The notes under the pieces were generated by a model. That model was given only the letters and a program-made list of their open reading frames with translations, ran no database searches and was not told the origin of the DNA. 64,000 nt of DNA, taken from NCBI GenBank assembly GCA_001643675.2, contig LSRY02000017.1, forward strand, positions 186,001 through 250,000, in the 5' to 3' direction. This document shows, in pieces, positions 24,580-38,842 of the stretch; the stretch's first letter is position 1; the number at the start of each line of letters is the position of its first letter. The position numbers were made by a program, and so were the translations under genes. Source of the stretch: Monocercomonoides exilis PA203 (lineage: Eukaryota; Protista; Preaxostyla).

Positions 24580-27500
24580 ATGTCAGCAGTGTTCGTTGTT
24601 ATTTTTATAAAACTTAATTGCGAGCATTACAATTCTTTATTAAAAATTCAAGAAAGAAGATACGACAAAAGAATTTCAGAAAACTTGTGTGAAACATCAA
24701 AACATTTCGACTTTTTGAATAATTGTAAAATAACAGAAGATAACAAAAGACAGTTAAATAATGATGATATTGGATTTGTAGAAACAAAGATAATAACAAT
24801 TAATGCATCAGTGTGCTTGAAAGAAGTCAAGATGAAATCAACAAGCGAGAATAGATATTTGGTTGAAGAAAGGAAAAGCGCGCTTAGCGTGATTTCATGC
24901 ATTATTGTATTTAGAGGACAAAATGAGATAAGTGAATTTCATTGCATTAATTGCAATCTTTATATCATAAATGCAACACTCATTTCAAAAAATGATGATA
25001 ATTGCTTGAATCCTTTGGTTTCAGAAAATATTCAAATGAATGCAAACAAAAATCAGTATCATGCAATACTCATTTTGGACACAACCATGTCAAATAAAAA
25101 ATTGTTATACACACTGTTTTTGAATTCTTGGTCCAATTCCAATCATGTTATTCAATCTTCGTTTTTTCGGAATATATCATCTTCAATGAAAAGAAAGTTT
25201 CAAAACGACAGTTCGTCATCTTTAACATTTTTGAAATCTTGTTCTTTCAGTTCCGTTGATAATGCACTTGACGGAGGAATAGTTAGATCATGCGATATTC
25301 AATCATCATATTTCACACTATTAAACACATCTTTTGATTGTTGCAAGCGAATAAGGAACGAGGCAGTGATATTTATTGGGGGAGAGACACAAAGAAAACA
25401 ACCAGGAAGGCAGTTTTCATTCGATGAGAATAGCCATCAATTTGAATGGTGTGAATGGTTAAATGTGAATGGAGGAGATAACAACGGAGGAGCCATTTCC
25501 ATATCATGTCCAGGAGCAAATCGGTCAATATTATCTTGTTCGTTTGGAAATGTTTCAAGTAATAAGGAAGGAGGCGCCGTTAATTGCAATGGCTCAAATA
25601 CTGTCCTTATAAAGAAATGCAACTTTTCAGAATGCTCTGCGGCACATGGAGGAGCAGTTGAAATGTGGAATCCAGCAAAATATTCAAAATGGTCATTGAT
25701 TGAAAATAGAGTTGAGAAATGTTCAATCTCTGGAACGTATGGAACTGGATGATATTTTTGGTTGGACAAAATGGAGTCGACGGGGTATTTTTTGTTTGTT
25801 GAATGTGAATGCAATTCGAATACAGGAAATGATGCCACTGGTGCAGTAACGTTTAATTGGCCTCCTTCATGCAAGACACAGGAGTTTCTTTTAGAAGAAT
25901 GCAGATTTGCCAACAACAAATTAGTATCGTGCACTTCATATGGAGGGAGTGGCTTGAGTTTAACAGCAACTTTAGGATGGATGAGTGGTTTGAAGTTTAT
26001 CGTATTTTGCTTTTTTGATAGAAATTTTGCTGCTAATGGAAAAGGCAATGATGTTTATTTGCATAAAGATAGCATTACCGAATCTCCATTTAGTGAATGC
26101 GGATCAACATCTTTATCTCAAAGAATTTGCCGAAATAACAGTTCAAACAGTTCAACAATTAACAGTTGGATTCCTTTTGTCGCAAATATAACCATTGTTG
26201 GGAATGGCGGAACAAATTTTGATGGGTGTGGAAGATCAGAAGAAAACAAATGCGCTTCAATTGAATATGCGATTCAGCAAGTTGGCTTTTTTTCAAATGG
26301 AACAATAATGCTCACAAAATCTTCTTTTGTCCCAATGAAGTCAATGAACTTCGGGAGGCGTGTTGTTGATGTGGTTGGAAATGGCACAAATAACACGATC
26401 ATCTTTTCATCTTCAATCCCACCATCTTCTGTTTCATCAACATTGTCCGTAATTTTTTCGATCTCTTCAGGAACTGTGTGTATCTCCTGCGCAAACATTG
26501 CTCACAACTCTTTGAATACTCCAACGCCGGTTTTGTTTGAAGTCACTCAAAAAATAGGCTCGCTAGCACTGATGACAATTGTGATCGGGAGAGATCTTAT
26601 TGGATTTTCTCCCATCTCATCTCCATTGTTTGTTGTCACTGAAGGATCAATCAAGATTAAAGAAACAAATATTTCCTCTTTTGTTCTCGATAACGTAAAT
26701 ATTTTCCAACTGTTTTCAATGAAAGACGCATTAGAATTAAACTCATCGTATATTATTGATATCAGTTTTATGAACGGAGGGAAAAGTTGCGTTCTTTCAT
26801 CCTCAACATCTTCTGGAGCGTCGCTTGTGATCACCAACTGCACCATGACTAACATTGCCTCTGCGCAACAAAACCAACAAATCGCCACCAACGGCGGGTG
26901 CGTATCATTCGCTTCATCGACACCCGAAAATACGTTTTCTGTGAACAGCACCAAATGCTCTAGATGTTGTGTGAATGAGTGAGTGAGCGAAGGTGCAACA
27001 GGTGTAACAGGTGGAAGAGGAGGTTCACTTATGATCGAGTTCAATGAAGGCTCATTGGTGTCAGCCACCTCATTTGTTATGGCCGATGTTATGTTTTCGG
27101 GGAATAAGGCGAGCGTCGGAAGAGATGTGTATTTTGTGTGTGGGTCGCTTGTCGCTTTTGTGAAAGAGCCCTTGTTCGGATTCATGAGAAACATCACTCA
27201 GAAAGACAACTCGATTGTTGGACATGACAGAACAGATGCATTCGGGGACTGGGATGTGGACTTGTTTATATTTATCGATGGATATAAAGCTGACTTGGTA
27301 TATGTGGATGGAACATCTGGAGTGGAAGAGAAATATTGTGGGCCGGAGAAAGCGCCATGTTTGAATGTGAATTATGGAATGGAACATTTGAAGAGAACAC
27401 AAAATGTTAAAGAGGAGATTGTTGTGTGTTCAAATTCGTCTGTGATGGGGTGTGTAGACGTGAGTGGAGTGACAATGAAAAGCAATAATGCAAATAGCGT

Positions 27501-30500
27501 TGACGTGGAATGCAAGAAAGAGATTACGGGATGCGAGATATGTGTATTGAAGTCAACAACAGCTACCAATATAAATTGCATTGAATTTGCAATTCCGACA
27601 AGATTTGAAAAAACAGTTATATGCGTGATTGAATTTTTAGGGAATGCACTTTCGATTACAAACTGCTCACTGAAAAAATCTTCAATTTATCAAATGCCAC
27701 CTATAAGTGAAAAAAATACAGATTCCTCAGAATATGAGTTTGGCTTTTTGAGCATTGAGAAAGGGACTTTGAAAATGGAAAAATTTGAAACAAAAGGAGA
27801 ATTTGAATTTGGAGAGTTTTCGCTTATTGAACTGGGAGATAATCTTGAAAGTGCTGTATTTGTGAGTTGTATCATTAAAAGAATAACAAAAAATAATGGC
27901 GAAGGCGGATGGATTAAAGGTCATCTTGGAAGTGATATTCAAAGCATGGATGCATCAATTGTTATAGAAGGATGCATTGCTGAAAAATGCTTCTCATTTG
28001 ATATCGACAAAAACGGAGGGAAAGGAGGAGGATTATATGTTGAATTAAATGAGAAATGCGATTTGATTATAAATGAAACGAGTAAATTTAGAGGCTGTGT
28101 TGCAGGATGCAAAAACACAGAAGATGAAAATACAAAAGGAGCAGGAGGAGGAATCATGATAATGATGAATAGCATGGAAAGTTCATTTTCAATAAATAGC
28201 AATGAGATATTTTCTTCAGAAATGCCTAATAGAGCATGCCATGGAAAAACATTTTCGTCTTTGCATATGATTTACCATCCATTATAAATGGCAGTTCCAT
28301 TGGATTTGATCCCGAGCTTGGTGTCTTCGCCGCAGACTTTAATGAATTGAGTGGTGTTGAAAGCGAAATGTGAATAACATTGTTCCACTAATTCTCTTTT
28401 TAAGAGCATTTCAATCACCTGCATATGTTGGAGGGAAATTGAATGATCATGATTTTAGACTGTGCGGCTATGCGGACTATTCTTGTAAAACAATTGAAAG
28501 TGCAGGTGAATATCGCTTTCCCAACTCAAAACGTATTATCAGACTTATTCAAACATTTGAATTTGATGAAGAAATAATTTTAAATAGAGAATCATATGAG
28601 ATTGATTCAAATGACAAAAGCATTGCCCTAATGGTTAGATCAAGCAGTACCAAGTTTCGTGATGCATTGATAAGTAATAATGTTTTATCAACATTCGCAA
28701 ATATTTCATATACCCTTGGAGAATCAATAAATAGTCGCACTTTATTCATTCATTCATCAGCCGGTATTTTTAAACTTATTGATTGCGATATAAATACAAT
28801 GGACAGCGCGAATCCTGTGAAATACACATATAAGTGCAAGTGGAGGATCTGTACAAATATTAAAGTTGAATTGCAAAAATGAAAATCGAATAATTTTTGG
28901 AAGCCATCTAATATTTGTGAATGGAAGTGCAGAATGCGCAATTGATCAATTAACTGTTAATCGGATAAAAGCAAGCAGTGGTAGAGGAGTTATTGAACTG
29001 GAAACAAACAACACAACGATATTGCAAAATACCACGTTTTTTAATATAGCATCGGATGCAGGTGGGATAATTCATTTAGAAAAATGCTCTTCATTCAAAC
29101 TGAAGAACACGTCATTTGAAAATATATCAAGAATTACAGATGACGGAGCATGCCTTAGTATGCAAGCAAGTGACGACTTTAAACAAGAAATAAAAGTTGA
29201 GAACTGCTCTTTCAAAACATGTGAAGTGATTGAAAATGGAAAAGGAGGAGGGGGACTATCAATAACACTGAAAGGGTCATGTGAGCTTCAGGTAGTTTTA
29301 TCGCATTTTGAATCATGTTGCGCGCCTTCGGAAAGAGGAACACAAGGGAAAGGCGGAGGAATGAAGATAAGTCTTTTAAATGCTAATGCTCCATTTGTTT
29401 TGGCAGAAACAATCGAATTCAGATCAAATAAGGCAGAATATGGAAGCAATGTGTTTATTCTTTCACCTGACTTGAAAACAAGCATAACAAAAGATCGCAT
29501 ACTCTTTTCGGTTCCTATATCAGAATTCACCAACTTGGAAATGGAAACAGATTCAAAGTGGATTAACACAACAATTCCACTTATGTTCTATCTTGCTGAT
29601 AACCCAGAATTGGTGCATGTGAGTGATGATGGGCATGATACTTCTGCGTGTGGATTTGAGGAATTCAAATGCAAATCAGTTGATTATGCAATAAATAGAT
29701 TTTTAGAAAAAAAAAAGAAACATAGCATTTGGAAGCACGTATCAATTTTTGGAATGCATCGCTTTGAATGCAAGTGAAGGATACCACTTTTGTGGATTAA
29801 CAACAAAGTCAAAGATTGAAATGATGGGAAATGAATCAGATTGTTCATTTTTGATTGATATAACATCAAATGCTATATTTGAGTTGATGACATTTATTCT
29901 TCCTTCTTCGCTTTCATTGGCTCAAACGTGCATATTTGTGATTTCTGATAACAAAGATTATTTGGATATTGTCGACAGTTCAGCTGAATGCTTTCCATCT
30001 TCTAGTGGATGCAACTACTCATTTGTATGCTCTGAAGGAGGAAGGTTATCGATCATCAGCTTTAGAGTGGAATCAATAAAGTTCAATTTGGCAAATTTCT
30101 TGCTTTTGAGTGGAAATGGATTGACTTCAGTAAATAACATGACAATAAATTTTGTACAATCCTCAGATGAAAAGGGAATCATCAAATATACCTCTCAAAA
30201 TTCATTCTCAGTTGTCAATTTGACCGCTCGAAACTCTAACAGTCAAAATTGTGGACTTATATATGACTTAAATGGAAAGCTTCTTTCAATCAAAAATAGT
30301 TCATTTAACACGATAAAATGCTTGGAAGATAATGGAAGCACGCTTAATGGAGTGATAGGAGATGGAAACGAAATAGTAATATGTGACACAATTATTGAAA
30401 ATTGTGTTGCAGCAAAAGGATACGGAGGTGGAATTAATGTAGTTGTGCAAGGAACAGGAAAGCTGCGACTGGGAAGCAATTATGGCGCAACATATTTTGG

Positions 30501-33500
30501 CAAATGCGCAGCAATGGCAGAAGATACACTTGGAGGCTATGGAGGTGCAGTACTGTTGGGATGCATAGATGAAGGAAAAGATTTTGTGATGACAAATCTA
30601 TCATTTGGTCTTGGAGAATCAGGGAATTCTGCAACTTTTGGGGGGAAAAACATAATCATTGAAGGAACAAATTTATCACAGCTGGTAGATTTTCTTTCAT
30701 TTAATTTTTCGTTTTCATGGAAGGTTAGTGAGGATCCAGATTTGCAAGAAATGATGGGAATAGAGAACGGAGATTTTCTGAAATTGATTCCGCTTGCGTT
30801 ATTTTTTCGTGAAAAGCCAATTATTGGATACGTTGTTGGGACAAATAGAGGACTTGATTATTATCTTTGTGGAGATTACGATTTTCCTTGCCCATCACTC
30901 AAATATGCCGGAGCTGCTGTGTTTGGCTCGTCAAAAGCAGTTTTACGGTTGATGGATACTCCATAGATGAAGAAATGACGCTTGATGAACAGCCAATGAT
31001 AATTGATGGAATGCTTGAAACACAAAAAATAATTGTCAATGAAAATGAAATTAAAGGCGAAAAGGAAAGCTTTATTGAAATTACACAAAATGTTTCGTTT
31101 ATCTCTTTAGAGTTTTCTGTTTCTGAATTTGAAACATTAACGAAAATGTATATATTTTTATGTAACAATCTTATTCAAAAATTCGAAGAATGTTCATTTG
31201 CTTCAGAAACAGAATGTGTGAGCGTGGCATATATCTGCGGGAAAAAAGGAAAAGTCATATTAGAGAGGTGTAGAGTTGAAGAAATCTATATGGCAAAAAT
31301 TGGGGCAATTGTTCTTGACAGAGTCAATGCAGAACTTGTGCTTGAAGAAGTGTTATTAAGAAATACCACAAGAGAAGATGAAGGAAGCATAATAGATGTA
31401 ATACGTGGGAAGGAAGTCGCGATAAAGAGTTCAATAATGAAAGAAACCGAATTTTTAAAAGGAACCGAAATAAGTATTAAAGATGTCATTAGTTTTCAAA
31501 TCAGAAATAGCTCATTTTTTGAGATAAAAAGATACTATGGAAATGGAGGTGTGATGTGTGGACAAGTTGGAAACGGAAAGTCTTCAAATATTGAAAACTG
31601 CACCTTTGAGCGATGTGCTTGTGAGGCAGATAATTCAATAGGTGGGAGTATTTTGATGAGAACTTGCGACGAAGGGAAATTTTATTTTGAAGGCAACAAG
31701 ATTGACAGAAACATAGTTCCACCAGGAAGTGGAAAGGGGGGAGGATTGCATTTGACGTTTGAAACAGCAAGAATAGAATATTCAATGAAAAACAATGTAT
31801 TTTCTAATAATGTTGCAGAGAGAGGAGACGATATATTATTGGCGTGCCAGTTACCATGGATAACACTTCTTCAATCGTTATGGAACGGAACAATCACAAA
31901 CGAGACAGTGCAAAAGCGAATGTGGGTTCAAGACCTTTCTGATTTAAAAGAAGACTCTCTTGTTAATTACTTATTTCCTTTGTTGAGCTCGTGTGTGTTT
32001 GTGAATGAAGCAGGAAATGATGGACAAAACTGTGGTTTAAGAGAAAATCCATGCACTTCAATGGACATAGGATTTGATAGGATAAAGGAAGAGCAAATGA
32101 TCATTCAGTTTGAAGGAAGAGCACTTGTTAATAAAACAATAAATGGAAATGGAAAGTCTCTGACGATACGAGGAAATGAAAATATGCAGAAAATGCTTAT
32201 TGAAGAAGGAGGAAAATTTGAATTGACAGAAGGGGTTGCACAAACATATTTGTCTTTTTCATTTCTCCATATTTCAGTATCATGCCATGCAGAAAATCTT
32301 TCTGGGAAGCAATTGTAGAAATTTGGACTGGTAAATGTTCATTCGTTGATTGCTATTTCTCTTTTCCGAAGATACTCGAAAGGCATGTGAAAAATGGATA
32401 ATAGTTGAAGAAGGTGGATATCTTCATTTAGATGGAATAGAGTTTTTTGATCTTCTTTTTATGGAGAATGGAATAGCTCGATTGCATAATGGAAGAGCAA
32501 TTATTGAAAACAGCTTGCTTGTTAATGTGCAAGCAAATGGAATAAGTCTTGTTATTGGAGAATCAGGATCTGATGTGATACTGAGGAACATATCAATTAA
32601 AAATTGCGTTGAAGGCCTTGATGCATTTGTTTCATCAAAAGCAGGCTCAAATCTGAACATAACAGGGAAAAGTTTATTTGAAGAAACGTTGACAGAAAGC
32701 AAAAACGGAGGGTGCATTAAGTGTGAAAATGATCTGAATGATCAACTACTTGTCGAAATGTTATCAATAAAAAATGTTCTGCCAATATTAATGAAGGAAG
32801 AGGAGGTGGAATATATTTGGATTTATTAGATGATTGCCAAAACAATTTTTTGTTTTCAAATGTGCAATTTAATAGTAATCGAGCATTTGAAGCGAAAGAT
32901 TTGTTTGTTTCGTGCAGAAAGTTGAATGACTCAGTAATAACTTCAAGATTTGCATTTGAATACAAAAATGAAGGGTATGAAGTTGATATGAAAGGAAAAG
33001 ATAGAGATTATTTTGACGAAAGCGTTGATCTCCGAATGTTTCTTATGGAAAGGAAAGCTGAAGAAGTGTATGTTGCCAATGAAGGACACGACATTGCTGG
33101 ATGTGGAAGCAAGAGATATCCATGCCATGCAATGTAGAATGGAATTTTTCATATTGATTCAAATGAATTGTTGCTTAAAAGGCAACTTATTCTAAAAGAT
33201 AAAGGAATAATTGAAGATTTCTTTCTGTTTACTCAATCGCTAAAAATATCTGGATGTACCGATGAAGATAGAGAAACACAACACAAGTTTTTATTGTTTG
33301 AGAAAATAATAAAGGGAAATGCCGCTTCGTCTGTTATCACAACCACCGATTTTCTCACTTTGTTTTCATTGAACATGCACATTCCAACAAAATTTATGCA
33401 AAATATAAATGCATTGTTTTCATCAGTGGAAATCTTCTGCTTGAATTCTGCACATTTAGTGTACAATCGTCAAATGCTCTTGAATACTCGTTAATATCCA

Positions 33501-36500
33501 CGACAAAAGGAACTTGTTTGTTAGAAGCATGCAATTTTGAGAGATTTTCGTGTGCTGTATCTCCGTTGATCATTTTATCTTCCATTCTTCTTAATAACGA
33601 CAATTTTTCATATATAGACAATACGAAGAGTTTTGAAGGGAGCATTGCAAAAGTGTTGCTGAAAGAAGATGAAAATCTTGTAATCAATATGACTAATGCT
33701 TCATATTGCTCGCTTCATTCTAGCAATGGGAAAGGAGGCTTTTTTATCTGAATTGCAAAAAATGTGCCAGTTTAATCCCTTTAATTCTTGGAGGCAACGT
33801 GATATTTGGAAAAAATCTAGCAGATATTGGTAAGAATTTGTTTATTTTAGCGGTAGATCTGAATACGACTGTGAAGGAAAATACTTTTAAATTTGATTTT
33901 TCTTCAATCAAAGCTGACGGCAATTTGTTTGTCGGAAGTGATGAAACGCATATTAATAAAGATTTATTTATGTTTCTCATCCCTTTTGTTTCCCTTCAAA
34001 TATACGTGTCATCTAACGGTTTTGACGTTGCACGCTGTGGAAGCAAAGAAGAACCATGTAAAAGTGTATGGAAGAGTATTAATCAGATGAAAGAGAGCAG
34101 CGAAAAGAAAACATTGTATATTATTAATTCCACCATAATTAGAGATTTCTTCAATGCATCAAATTATTTGTTGAAAAAAGTCGAACAAATTGAGGGGAAA
34201 TTTATGAAAGCTGTAATATTCTTTGAAAAAGCAACAGAAAACAGCTTGGATTGTTATATGAGTAATGATTTATCGTTTTCGCTTTCGAACATTACACTCC
34301 AATTATCATCTGGCTTCGACAACACTGCTATCACTGTAATAACAAATAGAGCTGGTGACTTGATGATAAGTGAATGTTCTTTTCATTCAGAAGCTCAAAG
34401 AGATGCTGATTTTATTTGCATTTTTGTTTATGCCATTGAAGGAAATGTGAATGTCAATGATTTATCAATGAACTCCTGTTATATTGGAAACAACATTTTC
34501 TTAATAAAAGATACGGGAATTTCATGTGATTTATCAAATTTACTTGTGTCTGCATTGAATGAAACAAGAGGATGCATTATATCAATTGAAGAATCCAATA
34601 TTCACCATTCTGAAAATAGTGTACATGCCACAAGCAGCATGCATATTGAAAACTCGTCATTTTTGATATTGAAAAGGAGCGATAATCAAGTGAGTGTGCT
34701 TGAATCAAATAGTGATAATGGAATAGAATTGGAGATAAACAAGAGTTCATTCACTGACAACAAAACAGAAAGAAGTGAAAATGGAGGAGCAATATATTTT
34801 TCATTGTGTAAGGCGGGAACATTACTTATATCGGATTCAACAATCAGTCATTGTTGCTGCAGCAGTAGTGGAAAAGGAGGAGGGGCATATTTAAAATGTG
34901 AAGAAACTGAGTTGTTGAATTTTGAATTAGTCAAAATGAATATGAGTGCAAATACAGCAAAAGTTGGAAATGATGTATTTATCAGGTGCTTTAACATTTC
35001 ATCTCAGATCAATGAAAAGCAATTTCAATTTGATCTTCGTGAAAAGTCTTATGTTCATTTTAATGCCATATATGGATCTGACCTAACTGAACGCACAGGC
35101 GACACAAATTTAATTGATTTCATTACTATTTATCAAAGCGATACGATTATTGTATCAAGAAAAAATGGATTAAATGAGAGACAATGCGGCACATATATTT
35201 TTCCATGCTTTTCAGTTGATTATGGACTTTCTCATTTAACTTCAGACTATATCAGTCTCATGTTCGTTGATACAGAAAGCACGATAAAAGCAGAAGCATA
35301 TCTGGAAGAGATGAGCTTGACCTCTAAAAGCAGGTGTTTGTGTGAGGTGGAGATTGCAACAATGATCAAATGCACAAAAGAATCTTTTATAAAAACGTCG
35401 AACACTGTAGCGATATCGAGATTAAGCTTTATATTTGATTTAAATTTCATATCTTTTCATGATACGTTATTTTCGCCAAATGGAGGTTTACTAGAGATAA
35501 CTAACTGTTCATTTTGCTCAAAGCAGCCAGAGCATTCAGAGATTCTTGAAAATGCATATTTGCCATTTCATATTATTCAAATTACCGAAGGGAAATATCA
35601 TGGATATGATATCACAATAGAAAACTTGGTATTTTCAAAGCCTCCTTTTTTAGTTTCTTCTTCTCAGGAATTCTTGATAAGTATTGCTGTTTTTCGCAAT
35701 CTGGTTGTAGAAAGTTCACTTATAAGTGTAACCTGCAGTGGACAGCTTACGGTGAGTCATCTTGCTTTTGTTAACAATACAGTGTCAAAAAACGATTTAT
35801 CATTATTGTCTTGCGTGAGTGTGAAAAATCAGATACAGTTTTCAAACTGTTCGTTCAAAAACACAAATGCAGTTAATGAAAAAAGAAAATTTGCCACGAT
35901 GAATTTGTGCACAGATGTGCTGATAAATTGTTGTGTTTTTGATGGAAGTTCAATAGATAGTGAAATAGAAGATTCAATATTCAAGCAATGCAACAAAGTG
36001 GAAGAAGAGATATGTATGTGGAATGGATCTCTGATAGATGTGATAAATAGTGCTGCAATAATGAGGGATACTATTATCGAAAATTCTCCAGAAGGTGGAC
36101 TGAAAGTTAGCGGAGGTCATGTATCAATTGAAGCAGCGAATTTCAATAGCAATAATCCATTGATTGCTCACTATCCATCATTGAGAAGAAACATTGCTTG
36201 TACGCATTCAGGTAATTTGGAGATAATCAGTTTGAAAGGTGGAGATGGTTTGAAAGAAAACTCATCTCTTTGGATTCTGGAAAATGGATGTGCCTTAACA
36301 GGAATTATTTCTGAAAGAGCTTCTTCATTCTTTATTCCGGTTCTTGAATCAGTTGAGATGAAAGAAACTGGGGCAGAATTAACGCTGTCATTCAAAGGAA
36401 TGTTGCTGCTTCCATGCAATTTATCGTTTGCAATATTAAAAGAAATAGGGGATGAGGAATTTTTGGATAGATACATTATTGATGAGGGATGGCATGTATC

Positions 36501-37861
36501 TGAGAAAGAACTATTAGGGAAAGTACCAAAAGAGGTAGTGGCAAATGAAAAAGATGATGCTGATGTAAGTGTGCATATTTTGTTTGGGAATCCAAATGCT
36601 CCATCATCAACTGATTCATTCATTCTGAAGAACAGAAGCAAAGATCAAACAGGTGTAAGCAATGAACTTGCTGAAGGAGGAAAAGAAGGAAAATCATCAT
36701 GGGCTTTGATTGTTATTATAATGTTGACTGTATTGTTTTTGATTGTTCTTATTGTATCGATAATATTCATCGCTCGGTGGAAAAAGGCGAAGGAGCGAAC
36801 AGAAGAATTGGAAGAGATTGTGGAAGATACTGTAAAAAAGGATCCAAAGATACTTGAAATGATAACAATGGAAATAACTCCCAACATTCAGCAGAAAAAA
36901 ATGGAGAGTGAAGCAAAGAAGGTAAAAAGAAGAATGTGCAAAAAGAAAATGCAGCATTCAGAATCAACAGAATATTTGCTGAGCAAGAGCGAATCGACAG
37001 AAAACATTCTAGGGAGAGATTCAGACAAGGATGTCTAACTTAGTGGATGCAATGGCCTGTTCATCGCCTCACGAAAAGTTGATTGTAGATCTGAGGGATT
37101 CGTTGTTCATGCTGCTTCACGGGAGGAACGAGAAGAAAGAAATGGCGATTGGGGTTTGCAAGAAAGAGAGATGACAGCTGCACAGATCCTGTTCTGGGTG
37201 GCTAATCTGGCGCTGCACTCATTTGACGAGATGGAGAACAAGCTTCAGTCATTGGCCAACCTCAGCCCGCACATTGTTCTGTTTTCAGAGCACATGGTCA
37301 TCTGCATTGTGATACATTCCGATTTTTCTTCTGATGACAGTTCAGACTCATCATCCATCTCTTCATCAACAGTTGTGACATCTGCAAGCGAGGATGATGA
37401 TAGAGACTCTCTGCCTTCATCTGCATTTGAGGATGAGGAAGACAACAAGAAGGAATGTATGAGATGGAAGGCACCAGAACTGATGGTGAACAGGAAGATG
37501 GAGGCAACAAAGAAGTCTGTTGTGTTTTCTATTGGAATGATGGCATGGGAGTGTCTGACGCTCCAGATTCCATTTGGTGACTATGAAGCAGATGTAGCTG
37601 GAAAGAAAATTGCGAATGGAGAAAGACCTCAGCCAGAAGAAATCGATGGTTGCGAATTAAGAACAGGGGTGAAAGCATGTGTGTCACAGAATAGCGAGGA
37701 GAGGCCTGGATTGCTGGAAGTGAAGAGAGCTGTTTGGGCACTTTCCGGCTGAGGCTGTGATGGTCACTGCCTCTGATGCTATTGACTTGGAGGTTGGTTC
37801 TAATAATAAAGGCGAAAATAGGGATAGTGATGCTGAAAGCAGATATTCATTGATTAGATGA
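24580..37861 (+). pseudogene. Giant (~4400-aa) type I membrane receptor: nine CG-x6/7-C-capped beta-helix modules, TM helix, pseudokinase C-lobe; disrupted (left copy)
   Basis: Co-linear ORFs with repeated G.D...CG....PC.S..Y, GGAI/GKGGG and F..N.A motifs. TM WALIVIIMLTVLFLIVLIVSIIFIARW. Kinase-like MRWKAPEL..VFSIGMMAWECLTLQIPF..RP. Stops at 25750, 26980 and 33135 plus several frameshifts. Confidence 0.85.
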
Positions 37862-38329
37862 ATGGAGAAATTCTGGATATTTCGATGCTTTTGAAAAAGA
37901 TATTTTCTTTTTTTATAAGTCATATTAAAGGTTGAAAGGGAAGGGTTTGCGATAGGAATGAATTGAAGAGCAAATCGAACGTAACAAATCCTTTATGTGT
38001 ATTTTCATGAACAATGGGTTAAATCTTTCGGGACTTGTGGTCTTTTGGAAGATAACTATGCATTTCATAAAAGTGTATCAAACATATGCACATATGTATT
38101 TGTGGCATGGTTTTTTTCTGGCCTGTTGCTTATTATTTCAGAGATTTTCTCTGAAGATTATGCATAATGAAAATGAAAGCATCATTGAGTTCTCTCGGAT
38201 TTTTTATTTATTCTACTAATACCATTAATGAATATAAAGCATTTATTATCATGATTTGCAATATTTTACAACCTATTGTTGGTAAATAATAATTATATAC
38301 GCGAAATATCTAAAATTTATATCAAAAAC

Positions 38330-38840
38330 ACAGAATATTTTGAATTTCAACAAATGCGAATGCATTAATCTCAGTGTGAAAATTTTTTGAAACATGAAAG
38401 TGCGAAATAATTGATGTGAGCATTTGGAGCAGTGGAGCTTAAAGCCGAAAAAAATTATGAAAAGAAATGTATAGTTATTATTCCATATTGAAAATATAAG
38501 TTATATTTGTCACAATTATCAAAAAACGAATTGAGGAAAAAACAACAATTACCATCGAAGAAAGGAAAGCATATTCATGCTTGGGAGATTTTAGACATTT
38601 GAACAAAACTTTCTATCATAAGCACAGAAACATTGATCCTGTCATAAAATCGAAGACAATCACAATTGGAGTGATAAGTTCACATTTGTATAATTTTAAC
38701 CTAAAACATGGTGAAGGAGAGCAATTCCTTCTTTAAGTTATTGAAACATACATTGCACAACAATCAGGTTTATTCTTCTGTTGATAATTCATTAAAAAAA
38801 ATTAATTTTGAACAAGAAGAAGATGTAGAATAGGAAATGA
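38330..38840 (+). pseudogene. Old, decayed Merlin/IS1595-family transposase relic (left copy)
   Basis: Translates as AFGAVELKAEKNYEKKCIVIIPY*..TIIKKRIEEKTTITIEERKAYSCLGDFRHLNKTFYHKHRNIDPVIKSKTITIG, co-linear with the adjacent younger transposase. Boundaries approximate. Confidence 0.65.
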
Positions 38841-38842
38841 AT

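Noticed and set aside
25750-33137. Stop-codon reassignment or selenocysteine read-through explaining the in-frame TGA/TAG in the receptor gene
   Set aside because: Neighbouring genes end normally in TAA, TAG and TGA, long ORFs lack internal stops, and frameshifts co-occur. Decay is the simpler explanation.
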